Of a DNA stretch of 64,000 nucleotides, positions 56,105-63,990 are shown in pieces. The position numbers were made by a program, and so were the translations under genes. The stretch covers positions 131,760-195,759 of IMG/VR virus record IMGVR_UViG_3300017722_002988; one strand, written 5' to 3'. Source of the stretch: a virus. Lineage: Duplodnaviria; Heunggongvirae; Uroviricota; Caudoviricetes. The number at the start of each line of letters is the position of its first letter. The stretch's first letter is position 1. The notes under the pieces are model-generated. The model saw nothing but the letters and a program-made list of their open reading frames with translations. It was not told where the DNA came from and did no database searches.

Positions 56105-56385
56105 TATCAGACTTAGGCAAAGTCAATGAACTCGTCGAGAAAAGAGATAGTCTTCTCTATCGGCTGAAAGACCTCGCGTTGGCTAAAGCCGACGTTAAAA
56201 CTACTATCTTTGTGACGTTTAAGTCCCCAAATGTTGATGGGATTCCTGTTGGCAGGGAGGTTCGTGTCAAGACGCTAGAAGCGCAAACTGCCAATGTGGT
56301 TGAGCTGGCCAGGGAGTCACTGGAAGCTGAACTGGTAAAGGTTGAAACCGAAATGGTTGAGGCCGGCGTGAAACTGGACATCTAG
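56098..56385 (+). CDS. Hypothetical protein
   Basis: Coupled ORF. Confidence 0.5.
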   Translation: MLISDLGKVNELVEKRDSLLYRLKDLALAKADVKTTIFVTFKSPNVDGIPVGREVRVKTLEAQTANVVELARESLEAELVKVETEMVEAGVKLDI

Positions 56386-56492
56386 TGAAACACGCTTCAT
56401 TCCAATGTCAAACGTGTGGCGCTGATATCGGCTACCTAGGTCGCTTCTTGATGTGGGTGTTCGGGCCTTTTGCTCCTCATACGCATTAAGTA

Positions 56493-56521
56493 TTGTACAT
56501 AATATCCACACTTCGTATTAT
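56493..56521 (+). promoter_or_regulatory. Early promoter (leaderless) dedicated to the CCA-enzyme gene
   Basis: TTGTAC-17-TATTAT-GGGATT-ATG (56528). Confidence 0.85.
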
Positions 56522-56527
56522 GGGATT

Positions 56528-57634
56528 ATGAACAAGATCGCTTTTGAGTGCCCGGCTAAGATCTTCCCGATCTGGAGCCAGATGGAGGCCGAGGGTTTCG
56601 AAACCCGGGTCGTTGGCGGGTTTGTCCGTGATATGATCATGGGTCACACTCCCAAGGACATGGACTTCTGCACGACCATGACTCCTGAACAGATGATCGA
56701 CTTCGCGGACCGTAACGGCTTCCGCGTCGAGCCCACCGGCATGCAACATGGCACGGTGAGCTTCATCGTTGATGGTGAGGCCTTCGAGTTCACCACGTTG
56801 CGGGTTGACACCGACTGCGATGGTCGTCACGCCACGGTCCAGTTCACGACTGATTTTGAAGCTGATGCCGCTCGTCGGGATTTCACCTTCAACGCCATGT
56901 CCATGGACATAGCTGGTAATGTTCACGATTTCTTCGGTGGTGAGCAAGATGCTCACAACAAGGTGGTTCGGTTCGTCGGTTCTGCTGATGAGCGGATCGC
57001 TGAGGACTTCTTGAGGGTCATGCGCTTCTTCCGTTTCGCTGCTCGTTTCGAGACCGAAATGGATATGGAAGCTTGCCGGGCCTTCACGAATCCGGCTGTT
57101 CATGCTGGTTTGGCCAAGGTCTCGCGCGAGCGGGTCTGGGCTGAAGTGTCCAAGATGATGAGCGCTCCTCGCCCTCAACGAGCTGTTGAGATGATGTTCG
57201 CAACGGGTGTTGCCAATGCTGTCGGCATGGGTGTCAACGAGTTCGCTCACATGGCCATGACGCACGGTGATGATCACTGCGCTCGCATGGTCGGCTTCTG
57301 CGGTGATGACGTGGTCGGCTTCTGCCGGGACATGAAGGTCTCCAACGAAGAGCGTAACAAGATGGTCTTCGTGACTCGCCATGCTGGCAAGGTTACGAAG
57401 TCTCAGTTCGCTGGCATGATGATAGACGGTGAAAAGCAAAGCCACATGGTCTCGGTTGCCAAAATGACTGATCCTTCGTGGATGGAGATGATGGACAAGC
57501 CTGTCCCCGTCTTCCCCGTTACTGGCCAGATGATGATGGACTCGGGCATGAAGCCTGGTGCTCAGATGGGTCAGGTCTTGAAGGTGATGCGTGAAGCATG
57601 GAAGGCCGAGATGGTCAAGGAGATGGTTCGGTGA
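56528..57634 (+). CDS. cca: Class II tRNA nucleotidyltransferase (CCA-adding enzyme)
   Basis: VGGFVRD, catalytic DMD, TTLR, RRDFTFNAM, EDFLR, VSRERVWAE. Confidence 0.92.
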   Translation: MNKIAFECPAKIFPIWSQMEAEGFETRVVGGFVRDMIMGHTPKDMDFCTTMTPEQMIDFADRNGFRVEPTGMQHGTVSFIVDGEAFEFTTLRVDTDCDGRHATVQFTTDFEADAARRDFTFNAMSMDIAGNVHDFFGGEQDAHNKVVRFVGSADERIAEDFLRVMRFFRFAARFETEMDMEACRAFTNPAVHAGLAKVSRERVWAEVSKMMSAPRPQRAVEMMFATGVANAVGMGVNEFAHMAMTHGDDHCARMVGFCGDDVVGFCRDMKVSNEERNKMVFVTRHAGKVTKSQFAGMMIDGEKQSHMVSVAKMTDPSWMEMMDKPVPVFPVTGQMMMDSGMKPGAQMGQVLKVMREAWKAEMVKEMVR

Positions 57635-57786
57635 GTGTTAACAAACTTGCCGAACATCTCTATACCACTTTTTGGCAGCGTAACAATGTTGAGAATCCAC
57701 CACCTCTCGGCGAACAAGCTACTGCCATAATCAAAATGTGGACTAACATTGCGTTGTCCGCCCTTGACTTTAAGGAAGACAAATGA
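57631..57786 (+). CDS. Hypothetical protein
   Basis: GTGA-coupled ORF. Confidence 0.45.
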   Translation: MSVNKLAEHLYTTFWQRNNVENPPPLGEQATAIIKMWTNIALSALDFKEDK

Positions 57787-57986
57787 AAATCTTTTTCGAT
57801 CTATTGACCATCATTTTTATCCTGATCGTGATGGGAGTATTTTTAGGCTTCGACGGATTCCTGGGAATCCTTCTTATGGTCACAGTCGTGGCTGCCATCT
57901 TCTATGTGGCATTCTGGCTGCTGATTTTTGGTGGGTTAGTCGCCATCGCAAAGTACATTATGGGCGAACCGCCTAAGAACGATTAG
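57783..57986 (+). CDS. Small membrane protein
   Basis: Hydrophobic 67 aa; its stop codon overlaps the stop of the convergent gene. Confidence 0.55.
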   Translation: MKIFFDLLTIIFILIVMGVFLGFDGFLGILLMVTVVAAIFYVAFWLLIFGGLVAIAKYIMGEPPKND

Positions 57987-60976
57987 TCGACGCCCCAATA
58001 AGCAGCGTATTCGTACGCTGCCATAACAGGACTTGAAACGGACTCAGCTGCGCTGGTGTCCGTTTTTTGCGTTCTAGAAGTAGCCTTACCGGACTCTTGA
58101 GTCTGAGCGTTTTGGACGACCACATTAATGTTCTTTCGCTCTGCAGCAACGGAAGCAGCCACGATGTTTGTGGCGAGCCTGTTTTGTGGAGTCGCCGGAG
58201 CCATTCTTGGTGCAGGACTTGGAGCGGGGCTCGGAGCACTAGAACCACCGCCTGGCCTCAGGTTAGCCCAGGTGATTGTAGGTGTTCGCCCTGGCGCCAT
58301 AGCGGCTCCGGCGCCGCCGGAGCCGGCCGCAGCTCCTGCTCCGTGGCCGGCGTGTCCTGCATGACCATTGTCATTAGCACCGCCGCTACCTCCTTCATTT
58401 CTTCCAACCGAGAAGTGCATGGCATCTTTAGAGCTAGACCAATCGAAGCCCCACCCTAATCCGTTACGGCGCGCAGCCGCTCGCGTCTGCTCAATAGGCA
58501 TGTCTGTAATACCAGCCCGACCGAAGACGTGTGGGTTCTGAGCTGGATTGATATCGATGGAATCGCCATTAGCGTGGTGGCTAAATCCGCCTCTGGCGGT
58601 ACGTCTATTGGCATATCCGCCGATGGATCGAATGACATATCCTGTGGCTTCAAGCTCGTTAATGAACGATTGGAACTTAGGAGCATAGGCGGCATTAACT
58701 TGCGCTGTTAGTCCAAGCCTGCTGGTTGTAATTGTTGCGAGTGGAATTCCACTCGCAGTACGTGGACCTCCAGCGCCAGCAGCTCCAACAGTACCACCAA
58801 CACGTACATTGCCTCCACTTTGAGGCCGAGGGCCACGACCACCGGCTGCAGCAGGAGCTATTACTGGGGCTGCTGCTGGCGCCATGTTTTGTGGCCGCGC
58901 TTGATCTAATAGAGCAGTGTTAAACACGGTGCGGCCAACGGTCTGGCCACCATTGCGAAGCATTGTGTCGCGGTACGAAATGTTGGTTCCGGCTCCATAC
59001 GCAGCTGCGCTTGCAGCAGTGAATGCCACCTGGTTGTGAGGAACACGATCAAGGAACTGCATGATAGCCCGGAAAATACCCTCAACCTCGTTATGGTTTG
59101 GGCCTCTTGTCCAATGCGCTGATGGTCTGCGATTTCCGACGGTTCCTGTTACAGCTTGGAACTGATTTTCTGCAAAGAGTACGGCCAGAACAGTAAGGCC
59201 TTGACGCAAATACCCTTGCGCAATAGCACCTCTGGAATATGATCCTGCCGACCTAGCTCGGTTCAGAATGGTGGCCAAAATCATTGCGTCTTCACGACCG
59301 GCTGCGCCGCGACCAGATTCGGCATAGACCGTTCTAAGCAAAACGTCCCATTCGTCGTTGGTCATTGAGCGCCCGAGGTACTGTTCCGCTTTTAATCTAG
59401 CAGCCGCATGCAACTCAGTTCCTTGCATTTGCATAAGCGCAGGTCCAGCAATAGCTGGTCCAGAGTTAGGCCGTGTCATGTGGTAGGTTGCGGCCCCGCC
59501 ACCAATAACAGCAGCACCAACTGCGACTCTTGCCGGCATTCTCATACCAGCGCGTACTGCGGCCCCGCCGGTTTCAGCGATTGCAGGGGCGGCCCCTGCT
59601 GCTCGACGGACCATACCGACACCGGCAAGCGCACCACCAAGAATAGCTCCGCCAGCTAGCGCAGCGCTATTCCGCAGGCCGTTCATTGCTCCGCGACCTA
59701 GCTTCCTAGCAAACTCGCCTAGCGTAATGTTGCCAGCGATGAGGTCGTATATTTGTTCGGCTACAAATTCAGCCGACAGGGCAGCGATTGCTCCGCCTAG
59801 ACCGCCTAGAATAGCCCCTACAGCCATACCAACAGGGGTTGCAGGAATAGCAATTGCCGCTCCTACTGCTGCACCCATAGCAACACCCGCCGGGCCAGCA
59901 ATGATCATAGCAATAGCACCGATCAGCTCCCTCTTAACGCTATCGTTTACGGTCCCACCAGACAGTATGGCGGCTTCTAACGGGTCGATAAGGGCAAATA
60001 CCGTGGTAAGAATCGGGAATCGGCCGACGGGGCCCGCTCTAAGTCCTTTCAGAAACCTAAAGACCTTTGCCACACCTCGTCCAGCACCAGACCCGAGGGC
60101 GCTACCAAGACGGCCCTGGCTAGCGGCCATGCTAAGGCTTGGTCGCCTAACTGCGTTATCGTTTGCTGCAATAGGGCCAGCCCCGCCAGCTGGTCTTACC
60201 GGCGTTGCCCTAATACGGTTGCCAGCATCGGTAGCATACGCCGCTGACGTACCGGCAACTCCAATCTGTTGCAGCATCGATCCGGCTGGAGCCCCGAGCG
60301 AACCTTGAGATCCTGCAGGCGATACTCCGCCTGAGGCAGGTGATTCGCCATTTCCACCCCCGAAGAATTTACCAAACGTGGTAATGCCGGCAAGTAAGGC
60401 TCCGGCTGCTGCAGTAAGCCCTAAAACTAGGAGCGGAGATATGCCGCCTTGTTGATTTCCATTGACAGCATTGAACATGCCATTTCCGCCAACTCCACCC
60501 GCGAACCCGCCAGCAGAGTTATTGCTGGCCTCGATCGACATTTCTCTCAGAGATCTGGTGTCCCATGTGGCCTTGGCCACTGAGAACTTCAACATATTCC
60601 TGACAGTGTTATCGATAGATGCTAGAGAATTGGCCGAAGAAGCCTGAAGCCTTAGGGACTCAGTCTCAAAATTACCGTTTGGGTTGTAGGAAACTTTACG
60701 TGGGCTGTTATCGTTATTCGGTGCTGTGAAACCACGCGAAGATGCTAATCCTGCACGGCCGCCGGAGAGGCCGCCGCCGCCCATGGAGGTTGCTGATCCG
60801 CCGCTGTCACCAGCGGTGGATTGTGTGTTATTACCAGCTAGTGACCGTGAGACAAGCCAACCAGCTCCTACGAGGCCGGCGGCCGGCGCAGCAATCCTTG
60901 CAGCCCTAGGTACTACACGGGCTCCGCCCCCTAGCATCCTGCCGCCGATCGTGACTGCTTTGTCCCAGACTCCCAT
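57983..60976 (-). CDS. Tape-measure/baseplate-hub-like protein with SleB-like and M15 peptidase domains
   Basis: 997 aa, A/G-rich. TVYAESG...ILATILNRAR...QFQAV (cell wall hydrolase); RSIGGYANR...SHHANGDSIDINP...WG.DW...DAMHFS (M15). Confidence 0.7.
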   Translation of the reverse strand: MGVWDKAVTIGGRMLGGGARVVPRAARIAAPAAGLVGAGWLVSRSLAGNNTQSTAGDSGGSATSMGGGGLSGGRAGLASSRGFTAPNNDNSPRKVSYNPNGNFETESLRLQASSANSLASIDNTVRNMLKFSVAKATWDTRSLREMSIEASNNSAGGFAGGVGGNGMFNAVNGNQQGGISPLLVLGLTAAAGALLAGITTFGKFFGGGNGESPASGGVSPAGSQGSLGAPAGSMLQQIGVAGTSAAYATDAGNRIRATPVRPAGGAGPIAANDNAVRRPSLSMAASQGRLGSALGSGAGRGVAKVFRFLKGLRAGPVGRFPILTTVFALIDPLEAAILSGGTVNDSVKRELIGAIAMIIAGPAGVAMGAAVGAAIAIPATPVGMAVGAILGGLGGAIAALSAEFVAEQIYDLIAGNITLGEFARKLGRGAMNGLRNSAALAGGAILGGALAGVGMVRRAAGAAPAIAETGGAAVRAGMRMPARVAVGAAVIGGGAATYHMTRPNSGPAIAGPALMQMQGTELHAAARLKAEQYLGRSMTNDEWDVLLRTVYAESGRGAAGREDAMILATILNRARSAGSYSRGAIAQGYLRQGLTVLAVLFAENQFQAVTGTVGNRRPSAHWTRGPNHNEVEGIFRAIMQFLDRVPHNQVAFTAASAAAYGAGTNISYRDTMLRNGGQTVGRTVFNTALLDQARPQNMAPAAAPVIAPAAAGGRGPRPQSGGNVRVGGTVGAAGAGGPRTASGIPLATITTSRLGLTAQVNAAYAPKFQSFINELEATGYVIRSIGGYANRRTARGGFSHHANGDSIDINPAQNPHVFGRAGITDMPIEQTRAAARRNGLGWGFDWSSSKDAMHFSVGRNEGGSGGANDNGHAGHAGHGAGAAAGSGGAGAAMAPGRTPTITWANLRPGGGSSAPSPAPSPAPRMAPATPQNRLATNIVAASVAAERKNINVVVQNAQTQESGKATSRTQKTDTSAAESVSSPVMAAYEYAAYWGVD

Positions 60977-61140
60977 TATTCTGCTTTCGTGGCCTCTAGA
61001 TGCGATGCGAGCATATCAATATAGAGGTCCCACTCAAACGGAATGAGGTTCTCCAACTCGGCAATGGAGTATTTATGTAGATGAACCAACGTGAAGATTG
61101 TCTGGTAATAAGAGAGTAGTGACCTGTGGATTAGCCCCAG
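60976..61140 (-). CDS. 51: gp51-like baseplate/tail assembly ORF lacking a start codon (not in ORF track)
   Basis: Hand translation LGLIHRSLLSYYQTIFTLVHLHKYSIAELENLIPFEWDLYIDMLASHLEATKAE*; TAATG overlap with the next gene. Confidence 0.8.
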   Translation of the reverse strand: MGLIHRSLLSYYQTIFTLVHLHKYSIAELENLIPFEWDLYIDMLASHLEATKAE

Positions 61141-61850
61141 GTAAAAAAATCGTTTAGGCCCTCGAATGTCAGGGTCTTCGTTTTCTTGTCTTTGGTCTTG
61201 TACGTAATTTCATGCTTCATCGAAGGAATCGTATCGAAGAACTCTTGGATCTTGCCGAAGACTGGAACCGGAATCGTATCGATGAACTCAGTCTGTTGGG
61301 CAGGAGTATACTCGTCGAAAGCATAGACATTCTCAGAATCAAACACGTCTTCAATACACGCCGCCACGATCTTCGTGAGGACTTCATCTTGGTTCAGCCC
61401 TGGCTTCTTGTATTCTACAGTCTGTTCGACCGTTGGGAAGCGCATACGCAGTCCTAGACCACGCTCATCATCAATCATGACAATAGGGTCGTTCTTTTCG
61501 TTCTTTGCAATCTCTACTTCATCAAGATTGACTTTGATCGTGTAGACCTGGCCATCTTCAGGATCCGTGTACTTAAACTCAATGGAGTTAGAAACAGACT
61601 TAGCTCTCAGTTTCAGGAAGATGTATTCGAGATCGAAGTACGCTAGCTTGTCGATCTTGAAGTTCTCTTCTTGAACACAGTTGTTGATGATCTGCTTGAG
61701 GGCGACAATAATGTCACGCTCCTCTTTGGATTCTTGGGCGATCAGCAAGATCTTCTCTTCCTTCACCAAGAAAGGCCTGAAGAGAACTTCTCTATCCATG
61801 GAAGGAACTTTGATAGGGAACAAAGGCATTGCGATTTTAGGTAGTGTCAT
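61131..61850 (-). CDS. 26: gp26-like baseplate hub assembly protein
   Basis: LPKI..P.F.I.VPS....V.FRPFLVKEEKILL...FDLEYIFLKLRAKSV...FF.TIP...GLNDFF. Confidence 0.88.
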   Translation of the reverse strand: MTLPKIAMPLFPIKVPSMDREVLFRPFLVKEEKILLIAQESKEERDIIVALKQIINNCVQEENFKIDKLAYFDLEYIFLKLRAKSVSNSIEFKYTDPEDGQVYTIKVNLDEVEIAKNEKNDPIVMIDDERGLGLRMRFPTVEQTVEYKKPGLNQDEVLTKIVAACIEDVFDSENVYAFDEYTPAQQTEFIDTIPVPVFGKIQEFFDTIPSMKHEITYKTKDKKTKTLTFEGLNDFFTWG

Positions 61851-61866
61851 TTCACGTCTCCAGTTA

Positions 61867-62811
61867 TTAGAATCCGAAACGTCTACGGACGTTGTCGACT
61901 ATAGTTTGCTTGCTGCCGTTAACCAGATTCTGAATATCAGCTATTCTCTGTGGCACGCTTGTTAGATTCTGGCCTAGCGATTGGAGGCCGAGGTTTGGCG
62001 GTAACGAACCCGTTAACCTAGCGAATCTATTGAGTAGGGGTTCTTGTCTATTTATGTCGCGGTTCAGAGGCTGTGGACCTTCGCGCTCATCACCATTCGT
62101 CCGCTCTGGATCGTGATACTTCACTGACCAATCCATATAGTCCCAAGTCACATCGAGTCTCATGAATTGGTCAGAGTTTCCCCACGACAAAGGAATTGGG
62201 TTAATGGCGATTGGATATGCTGAGTTGAGTGTCAGCTCAATGATCTTATCGTTGAGTTCGTTGTAAACGAGAATAGTGACATTGGATCTATAGTCATCCT
62301 TATATGCCACTTCATACGGGGTTCTGCCAAATCCATTAACAGCTGACATGCCTTGCGACGAATCGAACCCAACCATATACGTCATCCAATCGTAAAAGAA
62401 TGAATGAATAGATCCGGCGCCGTCGACGATATAGGAAGCTGAGATAGCACCGAAAATGGGTAGGTACGGATGTTTCTCAGTTGGGCCAACACCAAAGCGT
62501 CTGATCTCTTCAGATTCTGCAAAGGAGATGCCCGGCAGGGTGGATGTGTCACAGCGCAGAGCTACCTGCTTGACCGAGTTAGCATCATAGTGCTCCAACA
62601 GCCCTTTCGGCAATGTGAAGAGCATCAGGTGCCGGCTTGTGTCCAGAAGTGTCTTGGTGGAAATCTCAGTTAGGAATGTGCTTAGGCTGAAACCAGAAGT
62701 TGGCCTCCGGCCTGTAACAACGATTTCATCAAGCTCGTATGTAGCATCTTCGGGTACTCCCGTTGCGGGCCTGATTGAGTCTTTGAGAATGTTTGAAAGC
62801 GTGCCGCTCAT
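61867..62811 (-). CDS. 54: Baseplate tail-tube initiator (gp54-like)
   Basis: LRC....LPG...PY...F..I...FF.DW...Y..DY...I.VYN...AYP.AI...L.W...L.VT..Y. Confidence 0.7.
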   Translation of the reverse strand: MSGTLSNILKDSIRPATGVPEDATYELDEIVVTGRRPTSGFSLSTFLTEISTKTLLDTSRHLMLFTLPKGLLEHYDANSVKQVALRCDTSTLPGISFAESEEIRRFGVGPTEKHPYLPIFGAISASYIVDGAGSIHSFFYDWMTYMVGFDSSQGMSAVNGFGRTPYEVAYKDDYRSNVTILVYNELNDKIIELTLNSAYPIAINPIPLSWGNSDQFMRLDVTWDYMDWSVKYHDPERTNGDEREGPQPLNRDINRQEPLLNRFARLTGSLPPNLGLQSLGQNLTSVPQRIADIQNLVNGSKQTIVDNVRRRFGF

Positions 62812-62896
62812 TTATGTTTACGAAACCTTAATAAAAATGGCCATGTACAAATCCCGAATACTGGGTATAATGGTGCTGTCTTCTAAAAATACTGGG

Positions 62897-63535
62897 TTAG
62901 TATGAGCCAACACTGTTGACAGAGTCTTTCTGTACTCTAATTGCTTTCTGCTTCTTGAAGCGTTCCAGAGGAAGCATAGCACAATAATCCCACTCAGTGA
63001 TCGGAACCTCAACCATGTTAGATTTCACGTGATTGTAGAGATACCTTTTTACGCACGGCTTGAACCACTTCATCCTTGATGATGCAGCAAGCATCTTATA
63101 ATTAATTCGAAGTTTTGTGGTCTCATCATACTTTGTATTATTTATGGTCTGGTACAGAGCGTCCATAAGCTTAGCCCTATAGATAGGGGGTAGATAATGG
63201 AGGTTGATACCTAGGAACCCGTCTGCGTATGTTTCGATAACAAAAATGACTGGGAACTGGTCGTAATAAGGAAGTGTCTCTTTATGCTTTGGATCGTAGA
63301 AGTACATAAACATACGGCCGATGTCTTGCGCCTTCATTCTGGTCACGGAACGCTGCTTGAGCTTGCCTAGCACAGCCCTGGGGTTTACAGCAGTTACCGC
63401 TTGAGCCTTTTCTCTGAACCATTGGCGGGAGTCTCGGTTGGCTGGTTTAATGCCAGTTCCCTTCTTCATGAAACCAATATTGGCCATTCCGGAGGTGCTC
63501 TTTCCAGCAGCAAGGTCTTGGAAGAGGAATGCCAT
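62897..63535 (-). CDS. 2: DNA end protector gp2
   Basis: GRM.MY.YDPK.KETLPYYD.FP...GF.G.NLHYLP...PC.KRYL..HV.S. Confidence 0.92.
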   Translation of the reverse strand: MAFLFQDLAAGKSTSGMANIGFMKKGTGIKPANRDSRQWFREKAQAVTAVNPRAVLGKLKQRSVTRMKAQDIGRMFMYFYDPKHKETLPYYDQFPVIFVIETYADGFLGINLHYLPPIYRAKLMDALYQTINNTKYDETTKLRINYKMLAASSRMKWFKPCVKRYLYNHVKSNMVEVPITEWDYCAMLPLERFKKQKAIRVQKDSVNSVGSY

Positions 63536-63990
63536 TAAATGATTATCCCTAAGTGTTTCTCTGTCATGATCTCAAATTTCCACCCTCGGTCTTTACAGTA
63601 TTCCCGAGCGGCATCCCACTTAGCGGAGTTAACACCCCAAGTGTACACCTCATTTAGATAGGTCCGCGTGTGAGTGCGGGCCTTTTTTGGCTTTGGAGGA
63701 GTCGTCTCTTTGGCCGGTTTCACTTCGATCATCACCGTCTCGGTCATGCCGTTTGCGTTTCGCATCTTGACCAGGAAGTCTGGGAAGTAACGATGCCACC
63801 TCATGTCTATGGGTGACTTGTACGGAACCACAATTTCCTCTGAAGAATACTGGATTACGTCTGGGTGTTTGTCCAACCACATCATCAATTTTAGTTCCCA
63901 TGAGGAACGATATACGATGTTGTTTGGGTCTCCGCGATATTTATGGGGGTTCTTAGGCTTGAACCTTCCCTGCATGTACCGTCTGGCCAC
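63535..63990 (-). CDS. 4: Head completion nuclease gp4
   Basis: G.FKP.NP.KY.GDP.NI.YRSSWE...SSEE...PY...HRYFPDF...IEVKP...N.AKW.AA..YC. Confidence 0.92.
   Translation of the reverse strand: MARRYMQGRFKPKNPHKYRGDPNNIVYRSSWELKLMMWLDKHPDVIQYSSEEIVVPYKSPIDMRWHRYFPDFLVKMRNANGMTETVMIEVKPAKETTPPKPKKARTHTRTYLNEVYTWGVNSAKWDAAREYCKDRGWKFEIMTEKHLGIII

Noticed and set aside
56385-56489. Possible tRNA-like element upstream of cca
   Set aside because: Reads better as a 34-codon ORF (VKHASFQCQTCGADIGYLGRF...) and has no T-loop or CCA.
56453-56527. ORF-track N-terminal extension of the CCA enzyme (contains Tyr and Leu)
   Set aside because: It overlaps the promoter itself; the same artefact occurs at other leaderless genes (22015, 44135, 47471, 50028). 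The true start is taken as 56528.
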